The position numbers and the translations under genes were made by a program. The notes beneath the pieces were generated by a model. That model was not told where the DNA came from. It worked only from the letters and a program-made list of their open reading frames with translations, and did not search any database. 64,000 nucleotides of DNA, from assembly GCF_000143415.4 (NCBI RefSeq), contig NW_003314337.1, forward strand, positions 699,234 to 763,233, written 5' to 3'. This document shows, piece after piece, positions 1 to 13,337 of this stretch (position 1 is its first letter; the number at the start of each line of letters is the position of its first letter). This DNA is from Selaginella moellendorffii. Taxonomy: Eukaryota; Plantae; Lycopodiophyta.

Positions 1-1
1 G

Positions 2-1573
2 CTGACTGAGTCTATCGAGCGGGATAGTAACGGACTTGTGAAGAGGACGGATGCAGCAGGGGGCATGGAACAGGTGCAGGCAATGTTCCAGAATGCCCCC
101 TCTTGTCCAAAAAGAGAAGTTGTCTGGTTTATAGACGAGGCTGCGCTCCTCAACGATATAGAGAGGGCAACTGTTGTTAGCTCCTTCCTCACTGGCATGC
201 GAGCCATCAAGCAAGGATGCAAATCAAGGCGTAAAACAGCAGGTAGTTACTATCTTCGCAGTTTCGTGTTGGTGGGAACTGCCAAGACTAAAAGGCTTCT
301 TCAAGTCCAGAGACGAGCCAGGATGGCTACGCATCCTGGTGGAGGTCTTGCGTGCGAGCCATCATCTCCTTCTCGGACCCACGATTCTTACAACCCTCTG
401 TACAATGTGCACAATATTTTTCCCTTAAGCTTTGAGGACACGCGCTCTTTGGAGTTTTTGACAGTGGACCAGATTGTTGGAATGCTCCGCGAGTATGCAC
501 AGGAACGTGGAGTAGTCTTTACCAGGGGTGACGGTCGAAGCACAGGGACCGAAGCCGCAGTAAAGAAGATTGCCATCAGCATTCACGAGCAGACCAACGG
601 TTACAAAGGAATGGTGGGAGCGTGCTGTGAGTACTTGCAGAACAAGAACATTTGCACGGTGGTGAAGTGGAAGGGCGCGGTGAGGCTGGGCCGTGTTGTC
701 GGTCATGTCTTTGACTCGAAGGTCTACTATAGGATCATGGGAAACTTTACCAAGTACCCAGCCGAACTAAGAAGCCTCGTACTGGAATGTGTTGGTTCGG
801 GAGGCTCTGTTGCACCCAAGTTGGTGGATGTGCTGCCCGCCATCAACGATGGTATGCTCATTCGTCAGGCTGGCGGAATGGTGGGCCTGACCTCAAGCAT
901 GCTATTGGCGGTTTTTCTAAGGGATTGTGGGTTCTCTTATGAGGAAGCGCTGCCTGCAATTGAGACATTCGAGGAAGCGGTACAGGCTGCGGTTGTCTTC
1001 ATTAAACCGCAGCGTTTGGCGATGGAGGCTAACAGCCAGCCTTCTGAATACATATGGCAGTCTGAGTTACTCTTAGCTCTCAAGTTTGTCTTGGAGAAAG
1101 GCTACATCAAACACAAGTACGTCATTCTCGTTGAAGCCAAGAAGAGGGATAAACATGGTCAAAAAAGAGTTCGTGTGGATTTTTTCTTGAGAAATGCCGG
1201 ATCTCCTCCCGTCGCATTCGAACTGCAGGGAGTCGGGAACAAGGAGTCTATAATCAAGCATATTGAGAAGAGCGAGAGGTACAGGTGCCTTTTTCACAGT
1301 GAGATGAACTACATCTACTTCGCTTATGGAGACGTTCCTGATCCTAAGCCTGTGATTCGAGAGCAGAGCCAACGATTCCCTCTCGTTAAATGCTGGTTCG
1401 TTCAGTACCTTCCAGATGGGAATAGGTGGAACATCGAGTGCGTACAGGGTACATCGGATTGGCATTGTGTTCAGCGTGATGCAGCCAGAAGCTATCCAAG
1501 CTATCTTTATCAGGCAAGGCCGGATCTTCAAGACCACCTAGATGAAGATGATGACGATGACTTTGCAATCTAA
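2..1573 (+). CDS. Crinkler/CR-effector-like protein, P-loop NTPase + C-terminal PD-(D/E)xK restriction-endonuclease-like domain (5' end outside window)
   Basis: Frame is open from base 2. Walker-B-like VVWFIDEA and downstream strand SFVLVGT; C-terminal SEYIWQSEL...VEAK...RVDFFL...AFELQ fits a PD-(D/E)xK fold; acidic tail. Confidence 0.65.
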   Translation: MTESIERDSNGLVKRTDAAGGMEQVQAMFQNAPSCPKREVVWFIDEAALLNDIERATVVSSFLTGMRAIKQGCKSRRKTAGSYYLRSFVLVGTAKTKRLLQVQRRARMATHPGGGLACEPSSPSRTHDSYNPLYNVHNIFPLSFEDTRSLEFLTVDQIVGMLREYAQERGVVFTRGDGRSTGTEAAVKKIAISIHEQTNGYKGMVGACCEYLQNKNICTVVKWKGAVRLGRVVGHVFDSKVYYRIMGNFTKYPAELRSLVLECVGSGGSVAPKLVDVLPAINDGMLIRQAGGMVGLTSSMLLAVFLRDCGFSYEEALPAIETFEEAVQAAVVFIKPQRLAMEANSQPSEYIWQSELLLALKFVLEKGYIKHKYVILVEAKKRDKHGQKRVRVDFFLRNAGSPPVAFELQGVGNKESIIKHIEKSERYRCLFHSEMNYIYFAYGDVPDPKPVIREQSQRFPLVKCWFVQYLPDGNRWNIECVQGTSDWHCVQRDAARSYPSYLYQARPDLQDHLDEDDDDDFAI

Positions 1574-2869
1574 AAGCATTGGATGCCGTTCTGACAACAA
1601 AAACCTTCTGTAGTCGTTGAATTTATAGCAGCCAAGCTCTTTCATTTTCCAGAGTTCATATTGTTAAGCTTTAATTTTTTTTTACTATGGCAGTGATGCT
1701 TCTAGCAGTGGACCTCTGAATCCTCAATCTACCAGGTGTGGCTGCATTTCATCCTCTCAAGTATATACCACTCTTTCCCATTTTACAACAGGGTAAACCA
1801 TCTAACAAGAGGATGTGGCTTGATGCTTCCAACAGTGGACTTCCCAAGCACAAGATGTTAGTTTTTATCATATGGTCATTGTTTACTCAGATTGATTACA
1901 CACTGGAATAGTTCATCCAGTGAGAACCAAATAAACTGCTTGTTAATGATCCTCATTGGAGATTGTTCACTGCAGCACAAGCAATACTATGATGTCTGGA
2001 TATGCTTCCTGATTGCAGTAGAATGACCTTGACAAACAACCAGCTGCCAAGAAAGTTTGCCTAGTAAGAACCATAATGCTTGTATATAGTTTCATAGTCC
2101 TTTTGGACATGCAACAGAAGTGGAGGTAGTACTTACATGACTAGCATGTCAGGAAGTCCCACAAGCAACATATAAAGGAGATGCCTAAAGATCAGCAAGT
2201 ACCAAGAATACCTACTATTGGAAAATGCTAGCCCTTATGTTAACCAAAGAATGCAGAGGTAAGTTCCTCAGTTGTAATAGCAGCCTTAGAAAATGGTGCT
2301 ACACTACTGGTCATTTGAAGTAGCATCTTAAATTCATCTGCTTGCCTGATAGAGCTGATTCCAAATCTTGTGAAATGCAGGTGGTGGATAGGAGAATGGA
2401 AAACGGAGTTAAAGGCTGTAGTTTGCTATTTCGGGACGGGGAGAGGATGTACCTTTCAGCAAAGCAGGGAGTTTTGGTTATAGAGGCAGGTGTTGGATAG
2501 GTACTGAGTGACAGTTCTACCATAGAAATAGGCGAGAATCTGGTTCTGTTGGCAGCCAGGAACGTCATGAGAAGCGTGGGTATGACAGACTTGACTACCT
2601 CCCCCATGTGGAAGAAACACAGGGGAAGGATGGCCATGCCACTGCTGGCAAATGCCAACAAACGTATATGGTAAGATGGAGATTTGAATATGTATACCAT
2701 ACTGATGTTCCTCTCTGATCTGAGTAAGGATTGGCGCCTTCATTTGTGAAAACAAAGATGTGGTCAGGGAATTTGAGTTCCAACTCCCTGATGCAAAGAT
2801 GGTATCGGTACTTTGCACTGATCAACATCAGCTGACAAAAGATGCTGAAGTTGGGCGTCAGGGATCCTG

Positions 2870-3226
2870 TGTCAAGTCTCCTCATTTTCTAATCTAAGCT
2901 CTTCATTCAAAAGTGTCTATACAAAATGTTACAAGCCAGGCCTTTGGCCAAAACAAATAGCCCTACTTTAGCTATATGCCAGGTAGGACTCATACATGGT
3001 GTCATATATGAGATATCCATCATAATCTTCTTACACCTCTGATACCAATTCTAAGCTATCTGAGTCTCCTCATTTTCTAATCTAAGCTCTTCATTCAGAA
3101 GTGTCTAAAAAAATGTGGGCCTTTGGCCAAAACAAATAGTTGTGACCCTACTTCAGTTATATGCCACATAGGACTCATACATGGTGTCATATACGAGATA
3201 TCCCTGTATCATAATCTTCTTACAAC
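2870..3226 (-). mobile_element. TRIM-like tandem of two ~170-bp terminal repeats separated by a tRNA-iMet PBS
   Basis: Direct repeats ~2875-3035 and ~3063-3226, both starting TGTAAG on the minus strand. Between them ctctgatacca (= TGGTATCAGAG on minus). Purine-rich AGAGTGGGT lies just upstream of the first repeat. Confidence 0.5.
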
Positions 3227-4243
3227 CCACTCTAGCAAACTGTATTCCTATGCAGCTGCATTTGTTTTATATAAGCTCACAAAATCGAGGACAGTGGCCT
3301 GTTACATTTTGGAATGGATCAGTGGGAAGCATTACTATAGACAACGAAAGTGCTTCAAAGGAGTTGTACCTTGATGGAATCCAGTAGTAAACCCTAAATG
3401 AGGCAGTCAGGGATGTGAGTTGTCTTATTACCATGTAGGTTGTAGAGCACATGGTAAGTAGAGTACAATCAAACTAAATGTTTGCTAAGTAATGATATAA
3501 AATCCATATTTATCAAAGTGGCATAAGAGTCTAAAGACAAATAGAAGACTTTTATACGTGCGATTCATGACTAACTGTGCTGATTTTAGGCTCAAAAAGA
3601 AAGCTTATACTGTCCAAACCTTGGAAATAGTTAAAGTCATGTTTGACTGATGTGGTGTTTATGGTATGATGTGGAGATGCATAGATATTCCCTGGTAGTC
3701 TTAGGAGGAGAATCAGCACTAAAGGACAGCAAAGATCTGGAGGAAATTGGTGGCAAAGCTAACTATAAAAAGGAGGGCAATGATAGAGAAGAAACATTAA
3801 AGGCATTTAAAAGTGTCCTTAGAGTGATTTTAGTGAGCAGTAAAGAGATTGTGAATGTTAGTGAGATTGCACTTGGTTTTGGAGTGTTTCTAGAGAGCTT
3901 TCTTTATAGCTCACACTTAAGCGCTGGCAACAAAGTTAGGCACATGGCTATTGTTCATTGGGTCTGACTTTGGATGTTGGATCGAAGTGGCTAGAGGATA
4001 ACTACAAACCCATATGGATATTAAGAGCTAGGAATAGGGTTGGTTGGGAAAAGTTTCTAGTGAATAGACTTTCTTGTATTCTATTGTAGGGATATTGGCA
4101 GTTGGGGAATTGAGTGCGTGTTTGATTGAGGGGCTCATTAAGTCCTTAGATCTTTGTTTGAATCACTAATACTCTTGCTGATTTTGTGCTTTTGCATTCT
4201 TAGAAGAGTTTGCCATACAGTTGGCCATATGGTAGAATATTTG

Positions 4244-5475
4244 TCAGTGACATGAGCCAATCAGGGCTATTGCTCCTTCCTTGGTATCAAACAATAGTAG
4301 AATATTATGTATCCTGACGTTTGGCCATGTAGGAGATCTATCAACTTTTCCAAGAATAGCAAGAGAATCTCTGAGATTCTTGGGAAGGAGTATTCTATCA
4401 TATAGAAGAAAATGTAATAAGACAATTGCATTGTTGTAGCATAACACCAATTGCATTGTCACAACCTTGCTGCAACATAGCACTTATAGCATAGCTAAAT
4501 GCATCATAATGCACTTTGAAGGCTTTATCAAGATTTAGGATCATAAGAACAAGACCTGTAGTCATCTCTTTCAATTGTACAAAAGCATGTTGACAAACTA
4601 GTATCCAATGAAATAGTATACTACCTTTCATTAATTTAGTCAACAAAAGTGCAATACTTGCAAAATTGCAAATAAACTTATGATAGTATCTCGCCAAACC
4701 AAGAAAGGAACAAACATCTGATATAGTTGTTAGGACTTCTTATGACTTCATTGTTTCTAATTTCTTTGGATCCACCTTGATTACACCACCACCAACTATA
4801 TGTTCAAGAAAGTTCATACACAATTAACCCAAAGCATATTTACTAGCATATAGTTTATTCTCTTGCAACTTTGAAATACCAACTCTAAATGTTTCAAATG
4901 ATCCTCTAATGTTTCACTGAAAACTAGAACATCATCCATATATAAAACAACAAATATGTCCAAAATAATCTCTAAATATTCTATCCATCATTGTATTAAA
5001 CATTGTCAGAGAATTACATAACCCAAACAACATAACAAGGAATTCATAGGACTCATAATGAGTCTTAAAGGTTGTTTTCTCTAGACCCTGATTTGCCACC
5101 CATATCTGATGATACCTAGACTGCAAATCAAGTTGTGTAATATACTTAGCATTTAAGAGTTGGTCAAATAAGTCATCAATGCGAGGGAAAGGATAATTGT
5201 TTCTGACAGTGATTTTATTGAGAGCCTAATAATTGTTAAACATCCTCATGGTACCATTATTTTTTCATAACAAAAAAGACTCATACTTTATTGGGTGATT
5301 TGCTTGGTTGGATATGACCTTTGTCAAGAAGCTCTATATGTTGCTTCTTGAGTTTAGCCATATCCTTTATGTTCAAATGGTATAGAACTTTCATAGATGG
5401 TCTAGAACCCAAAACAATCTCAATTTAATGATTAACCTCATAGCTATGAGGTAACTCTAATGGCAAATCCTTTAG
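4244..5475 (-). pseudogene. Degenerate Ty3/gypsy pol (RT/RNase H), same family as 20875-23687
   Basis: Fragments KTTFKTHYESYEFLVMLFGLCN and YYHKFICNFASIALLLTKL...FKVHYDAFSYAI; many stops and frameshifts. Confidence 0.85.
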
Positions 5476-5889
5476 TGTCATGAATATGACTACGGGTATC
5501 AAAAGTTATTTGTCGGTTAGTACTTTTAGGTATTCTTTCTTTACTGCCACAATAGTAAAAGGTTAGTATTGCTAAACCCTTTATCAGTCCCTTTTGTTCA
5601 AGTGTTAGTAAACTTGATTTAGCATTTATACTTGGCTGGATGAGCATAAGGAAGGAATTCCTAAATGTTTATTTAGCCAAACATACTTGGCTCAGCTTAT
5701 TAGTTTTCTTTTGCTTTGTTCTACACTAGTTTAATAAGAACCTTGCAATATTGAGATTGGTCCCATAAAATTTGCTAGATGATAGCTTATTATGTTTGCC
5801 AAACACCCTCACTATCATGGTTTTTATGTTAGTTCTATTCAGTCTTAATTGCTATTTATAGAAAGTATCTAGGTTTGCTAATTTGGCAT

Positions 5890-7409
5890 TATAAGTGACT
5901 AATTTTTCCATTCTACTTTAGTCACTTAACCACACTTCCGACCACTTGGAAGAGTCTCACTCACAACCTCTATAAGTCCTATTCCAAACTTGGGGCTTGC
6001 TATCCCCGAGAATGACATCCATGCTACTTAACATTTGCATTTGGTCCAAGTGCTTTACGTGTCTGATCCCATGACTAACACCCCAAGGTACCACTGATAT
6101 ATCAGTCTGTTACACTAAGGCCATGCCCCTTCACCTTGGTCATACTGGTGGTCTAACACCACCTACATCACTGTCCCATCTCTCAAAAACTGGGTGATCC
6201 ATCCATGAGTGATCATCCTAGATCCACTCCTTAGCATCCTTAGGATGGCTGCAGACATTGGGAATAACCTTCTTAATATCCTTTTTCCGGTCCCCACCAA
6301 ATCCTCTGTCCATGGCCGTGTTCGCCAACACTACCATTGGATCAAGGATCATAAGCTTGACCACTAAGTCCCACAGTCCTCTGGGACTTCCTCACCACAT
6401 GACCGTATCCTTGGTCACTACACTGGAGGATTGCTCCTCTTTTTTTCCACAGTCTGGGACTTTGGGACAACGATTTGGAACATTTGGAACATATACAAGC
6501 CTCGTGGGTACTCTCCCCGCCTCCCACCTTTGGGTGTTCTAGCCATGGGCTTAGAGCGAGGTTCTGTTGAGCCACGCCAGGTATCCAAGTAGGTAGTGCC
6601 ACCCATGCTTGGACTGGGAGCATCGACCATTCGATCTCCCAGGGGAACTAGAGCTGGCTCTTGAACATTTCACCAAGCTATCCTACTTATCAATCCATAT
6701 TCACTCTAGTCTTGGACTTCCCAATAGTTAACTCATCACCCAACACCTGGGTACAGCCTTCTTGGGCCTTTCCTGGCCAAACTGGCTCTATTGGGCTCCA
6801 ACCCCCACACTCTCCCTACTATACTTGCAGCCCCCCCCCCCTTGGGGGACGATCGCTTTGGGCTTTCACCCAACAACCTGTATTAGTATTCGGACTCGGA
6901 CTCGGTCCGGAATCGGTCTCGGTCCTGGTTTCAGATTCAAACTCGGTCTTGGTCTTGGTTCCATCTCAGGTCCATCTCGGACTCCATCTCGGACCTCATC
7001 TCAGGTCCATCTTGGACTCCATCTTGGGTCCATCTCGAGTCCATCTTGGACTCCATCTCAGGTCCATCTTGGACTCTATCTCGGGTCCATTTCAGACTCC
7101 ATCTTAGGTCCATCTCGAACTCCATCTCGGGTCCACATTGGACTCCATCTCGGGTCCATCTTAGACTCCATCTCGAACTCTTCCATATGTCATGTGTTGG
7201 TCCTCTTGTATCCCTTTTTTAGAGACTCACTTATTGCTCACTTCGTGTTTGTTCCTCGAGCACTTCGTTGGGAGTTCCACTCCTACTCTCGACTTTTCAA
7301 GTCAGAACTTTTAGTCTAAATGTGTGACGCTCTTTTGGCTTTTACTTCAGCCACTACCACATGGCACCCTTTCGACTCCACTTTGGGGCTTAGGGTTTTG
7401 TGTCTCACA
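5890..7409 (-). mobile_element. Solo LTR (family B) with hexamer-repeat array
   Basis: TGTGAGACAC...TCACTTATA on minus, homologous to 60669-61903. Flanked by GGCAT/AGCAT (5-bp TSD, one mismatch). Confidence 0.8.
6890..7185. repeat. Degenerate 6/18-bp tandem array (ggactc/catctc/gggtc) in LTR B
   Basis: Visible tandem units; they produce spurious low-complexity ORFs. Confidence 0.9.
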
Positions 7410-7995
7410 AGCATATCTATGGAATATAGAGATTGTCAATTTGTTATTGGTGTTGGTCTTGTGTCCAAATTCACAATTTAGTGTCATTCCATATTTAGTA
7501 AGTTTCAAGTTAGTCCTAAAGACTAATGTCCTTGTTTTGCATCTGGCTTAGATCGAAGTCCAAGTTCCACACCATACTAGCTGGTGAAGTACCCATAACC
7601 TCATATTAGGCAATCGATATACTGAAATAGTGCTAAACTCCATTTGGCTCTGTTTTGTGTGTTGGTCCTAGTATTAGGATGTTAGATGCTTTAAGACTGT
7701 TCCAACATCACTTTGTGCTTCTGTCTCTTTACTCCTTGGGCTGAACACTCAGGAGTCACTTCGTGCTCTAGTTCCTTTACTCTTTGGTTGCAAGCTTGGG
7801 AGTTTGGTTCCGTACCTTCATTCAGTGGCCCAAGGCTATGAAACTTGGGTTCCACTCTGCTGTCCTTTGACATATGGCATGTAATATGTGGCACATAGAG
7901 GGTTTAAGTTCCACTTCGTGGTTATCTTATGGTAAATCACCATAGGATAAAGAGTGAAAATCACATGTATTACATTTAGTATCAGAGGATGAGTC

Positions 7996-10800
7996 TGTAA
8001 ATCACAAATTTTTCTTTTCCAATTTGCTAGCTTACCTTGTCTATCCAACTACTATGGCCTTGGCTTTAGTTACGTTCCCTTGCCAAGGTTCTCGCCTACT
8101 GTACTAGCTTCTACTTGGTCCTACTTCGTTTCAGCAACTCACTACATAAGCAAAAAAGCGTTAACCATCCATCCACGAATTCCTAATTTCTCTCCCAATC
8201 CCCCTCCCGGGGTTAAACTGGATTTAACATTTGGCTACACTTCCCATAGGCACAAGTAGCCAAGCACACCAAGCCTCCAGGTTTCTAACATCCTTTGGTA
8301 CAACAAGATTTGATCATAGGACTCTCTAAATCCCAAGCCTTGGGTGCAACACTTGCTTCTGGACACCAGGGGGAAACACCATGGCCTAACGACCCAGTAT
8401 AGGTACTCTACTCCCCCACTTCCATTCTGAAGGGAAGGCCCAAGCCCCTAGGAAGGGCAAAGACCAATGAGTTGCAAAGTACTTAAGTGGGGCAACATTC
8501 CACATGAGCTAGGAGCATTGTAGTTAGTTTCCCTTCCGGGAGTGGGAGCTGCTCTTGAGCACTTCCTTGGGTGGCCCCTCTGGCACCATTTGAGTCCATG
8601 CTCACTCCCACCCAAGGCCCCTAAGCCTCAATCTCAACCCCAAATCAGTTCGAAAACACCACTAGAGTTCCTTCAAGACTGATTCCTGGACCTCACTATC
8701 CCTACTATACTTTTGGAACCCTCTACAGCCCCCCCTGCCCCCCTCTCAAAGACACACGCTTTAGGCCTTCACCCCACGATCTGTATTAGTATTCGGACTT
8801 AGTCTCGGACTCAATCTTAGACTTGACCTCGAACTCGGTCTTGGACCCAACCTTAGACTCTGTCTTAGACTTGATCTCAGACTCAGACTCCGATCGACCT
8901 CAGACTTGGTCTCAGACTCGATCTCAGACTTGATCTCGGACCCAACCTCGGACTCTATCTCGAACTCGATCTCGGACTCAGTCTCAAATCTCAGACTCGA
9001 TCTCGAACTCGGTCTTGGACTCGGTCTCAAACTCGGTCTCAAAGTCGATATCAGACTCGGTCTCAAACTCGGTCTTGGAGTTGGTCTCGAACTCGATCTC
9101 ATACTCGGTCTTATCCGATGAATTTTTTATCTTTTTGATCGTGTTTTCGGGGATCCTTCAACCTACAACACCTCAGGGAGTTGGTTCCTTACAACTCCAC
9201 CACCCATAGAAAAAGTTTGATACCCACATCAAATGTCTCTTTTTAATCATACAACTTGTTGACTATGTCTTCAGGGGCATCCCCCCACTTAGCAGTATGC
9301 CTAAGTTAGCCTCCCCAACCAAAAGCCCATGACAACAGAATATAAGTGTCCTTATACCCTTGACCTCACCACGCCTTAGTATAGGGTTGGGACTTGAACC
9401 CAGTCTTGCTTTATTAGGGGGTTGGGACTTAAACCTAACCTTCGTGGAATACGTTTACGGATTCGACATCCCCATAGGGAGTTAGGTGTAATTCCCTATG
9501 CCTGGTTGACCTAGTTAACCTATGCTAATTAGCTTACCTTTGGCGCGCCTTTGGGTTCTAACATATGACATTGCTCAATTTCTCAAATAGATTCTTTAAT
9601 TGAATTTTTTTATAGATATATAGAGTTCTATCTTTGCAAAAATTCCTCCACTAGATCTTGTGCATTCGCTAGGTTCCCCTCCGGTTCCCATGTTACTTCG
9701 TAGTGTGGAAATTCTTTCCACTTTATATGGAACTCCCTCACTTCACGTCTTTGTCGCTTGCTCTTGCGCATATTAAGGATGGACTTGACTTTGTATTCTT
9801 CTTCCCCTTGAATAACTTTAGGTAGAGGTCTTACTTGGTCCTTGCGAAGCAGGTCCTCAAGTACAGCTTAAGTAAGTTCACATGGAACACAAGGTGCATC
9901 TTCCCTATCTCTCGGCGGTAAGCCACCTTACCAATTCGAGCCTCAATGTCATAAGGCCCCGTGAACCTACTTAAGGAACTCAAGATCAATTCATTTCCAG
10001 GAATACATGCATTTTACCTTTGGGTCAACTTCCGGCTAATCCCACTTGGTAACCTTAGATTCTTAGTGTTTAGCCACACTTTATCCCCAAGTTGGAACTC
10101 TACATCTTGACACTTTTGGTTCACGTATTTAGTTTACCTTTGTTAAGCCTGTTCCAAGGAATCCTCACTAGATTCCAAATGTTAAATCTTTCTACCGTGA
10201 ACACCTCTACTATGGGTAACTCTCCATACTCGGCCACACTAAGTTTCATAGAGCCTTCAATAGCTCGCCCATTGATAACTTCCCATGGACTGACTCTGAT
10301 ACTCGAATGTGGTGAGTTATTATAGCATATTTCCGCAAGTCCCAAATGATTTACTCAATCAATTTGGTCTCCATACATATAGCATTGCAAATAATCCTCC
10401 ATCTGCCTATTCACCCTTCCCGTTTATCCATCTATCAAGTAGTGTTAGTGCCATCAAATTTGACTTAATACCCAATACCTGTCTATGGGTGATAGGCTGT
10501 GCTGAATTTCAATTTAATGTGATACTGTTCCAAGAGAGTTCTATAAAACCTACTAGTAAAGATCTTATCTCGATCTAAGATAATCTCTTTTGGCCTTTTC
10601 CGCACTCGAACCACTTGTTCAAAGAATAGCTTTGCCACACCTTCCGCATCCACTTCCATTGTGGTGGGTATGAAATATGCCATCTTCGAAAACTGATCCA
10701 CCACCATGAATATCACATCAAACCCCTCACTTGAAGGGAGTCCCATAATGAAGTCCATTGTAAAACATTTCCATGGAGTGATTTGTGGGTTTTTCTTCAA
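7996..10800 (-). mobile_element. Chromovirus family A fragment: 3' LTR (7996-9193), PPT, decayed integrase-chromodomain with two introns
   Basis: LTR TGTAAGG...TTACA homologous to 39472-40620; PPT GGGTGGTGGAG; integrase MDFIMGLP...VVDQFSK...STAYHP; intron-like inserts at 9967-10017 and 10432-10478. Confidence 0.9.
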
Positions 10801-13337
10801 TGAAATAAAAAAAGCAAGTAGTGTCTAGAAGTTTATCTGGTCTACTGGGAGAAGAGAATCTACCCAAGTTGCTGGTTTGCCTTCGAGAGATTGCAAAAAG
10901 TCACAACATATATGATCATCGTCGACAATTATATTTGTGGTGTAGTAATAATCAAAGCAACTGATATGTGATGTTAGAGAGACTATTCCAACACTTAAGA
11001 AGGTTGGTAGATCACTCCCCTTTTGCAAAATATGGAGCTGAGGTTGAGCTAAAGGTGGTTGTGCCATAACTCGTAGATCTAAGTCATTGGAATCTACCGA
11101 GGATGAAAAAGACTTGGTTTGAGAAGGTGCTATATCATACCTAAGCTACCTCTAGATGCTAAAAAGTTTACTTCATACCTTAGGGCCTTGAGGTATGGTA
11201 AAAGGGCACCAATTTGCCTCATGTCTAGTTTGTACCGACATCAAATACCCTAAACATTGCAAATGCTTGGTCAAGGCAATTGGGTTGATAAAAGCAATAA
11301 GACTATAGACTTCTCCAAAGCATAGAAAGAAGAGTCCATAGCCAAAATAAATGGCTTAGAACCTTTTACCTTGTCCACAAGTTGCTCAAAGTTGCCCAAA
11401 ATGCCTATGACAAAGATAAATAAACTTGGAAATGGAAGGAGATGTAGGTCGGCTACTAAATGTGATTTAGTGTAGCTCTTTCAACATCCCAGGACACACT
11501 TTAAAACATATATAACCGCTGAGTCTCAAGAATAGAGTAACTGCTGACAACTTATGGTAACTGGTAACCAGTAACCCTTTGCTCTCGCTCTTACTTTAGT
11601 GCCTACTCCAACACCAACTCCTACTTCTGCACCAACTCTTGTGCCTGCTCCTAATTCTACTCCTGATCCTACTCCTACTCCCCGAAGATTGCTTCTTTCC
11701 CAAGAAACTTTCACGAAAGTTTAGCCCAAAAGAGAAAAATGAGTACCCCAGTCTCAATCCTTCACCATTTTGATTGTAAGGTGTTCAAAAGACCTCAACC
11801 CCATCTACCACACTGCTCTAAGAATTTGTAATGAAAATGCTTCAATATCTTGTGAGATCCAAGAAAATATAGCTTAGAACGCCAATTTTATGGAAAAACA
11901 TCTATATATCACCAATCCAGATCAATACCAAAGTGTTGTTGATATTTTCAAAAAACATAGGACTAGAAGCACCTCTAGAAACAAATGGCATTAAAAAAAA
12001 CCTCGGAGAAGCAAGAATTTTTATTGCAAAGATGCCTTTATTTAGCAGGAGAAGAAAATCCTTTTGCATACCACAAATTCTCCCAAATCCAACACCAAGA
12101 ATCACCACTACTTATAAATATAGGGCAGATCTATAAACCCAAATACACTTCTTTGAGAAATTGGGCCAAGAATCTAGATGAGAAAGTGAAAACCTCAAAA
12201 TGTATACCAAATCGAGCTAAATATTGTATGGCTTGATGAGCATCATAGGTTGCTGGAAAGAGGAGCTCAAGACCTATCCAACGTGCCCAAAATCAAGTAA
12301 AACCACTGCAAAACGAACAAGAAATCACTCTTCAAAGTCTGTGACCGAAAGGAAAAGAAAGAAATTGTGTTATAGAAAGCAATGCACAGTTAGGGATAGT
12401 GGTTGGATTGTGTGTCCGACCATTTAAGACATTAGTTTGGCTCTTGTTGGGCTATGTCGCTCCTTGTTCTACATCTAGCTTGGGTCTAACCCCAAGCTCC
12501 ACGCTGGTGATGTTACAAAAATAAATAACTTGTAAGGAAAAAGGTGGGGTACCCTCCTCCTCACATTAGGCCACCGGTATGCCAAAATTGTGCTAGACTA
12601 TACTAATTATAGAAAGTGTTTAGATTTACTCATTTGGCATATTTACGGAATGTAAAGATTGGCCTAAACACAATGGTGTTTGTCCTGTGTCCAAATTCAC
12701 AATCTAGGAAGATTCCATATTTAGTAAGTTTCAAGCTTGTCCCAGAGACTAACTACTGGTACTAAAGGAGGTTTCGGGTGAAAGCCTAAAGCATGTTCCT
12801 CAAGGGGGGGGGGGGGATTTGGGGGTTTCTAAATGTATAGTAGGGATAGTGGTTGGATTGCATGTTCGACCACCTAAGACATTAGTTTGGCTCCCGCTGG
12901 GCTGTGTCGCTCCTTGTTCTGTGTTTGGCTTGGGTCTAAGCCCAAGCTCCACACTGCTCTAGTCGGTGGGGTACCCTCCTCCTCACGTTAGGTCATCAGT
13001 ATGCCAAAATTGTGCCAAACTCCGTCTAACACCATTTTCTGTGTAGGTGCTGGATATGGGGAGCTGGTGCTTGTGAGATTGTACCAGACCCTCATTTCGT
13101 AGCACAACGGACTTGGAGTTCGGTTCCAAATTTAGGTGCGCTACATTTGGTATTAGAGAAATTGTCTCAGCGATTCCTATCCAACTTTTGTCAGATTTTT
13201 TGACTCAAGTTGCATACACAGAGACTTTTCTAGTAGATCCAAAGTGACCTATGTAGGATTAGTTGGATTGCACCATTTAGTAAGAACGTTGTATGCATGT
13301 TTAATTACTGATAGAGGCATGCATGCAGTTAGCAGGA

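Larger units (their letters stand above)
5476..7900 (+). mobile_element. Diverged LTR related to the 35994-37510 LTR, interrupted by a solo LTR; right end uncertain
   Basis: Starts tgtcatgaat. 5476-5889 and 7410-7530 align with 35994-36520. Confidence 0.6.

Noticed and set aside
2381-2674. Possible exon remnant on + (VVDRRMENG...NVMRSVGM)
   Set aside because: Contains an internal stop and I cannot assign a family.
6661-9209. Ser/Glu/Arg-rich ORFs (also 37588-38084, 39544-39837, 60764-61192)
   Set aside because: Translations of LTR hexamer arrays, open in many frames.
10800-12388. Short ORFs and a (ctccta)-like repeat
   Set aside because: No recognisable domains or termini; left unannotated.
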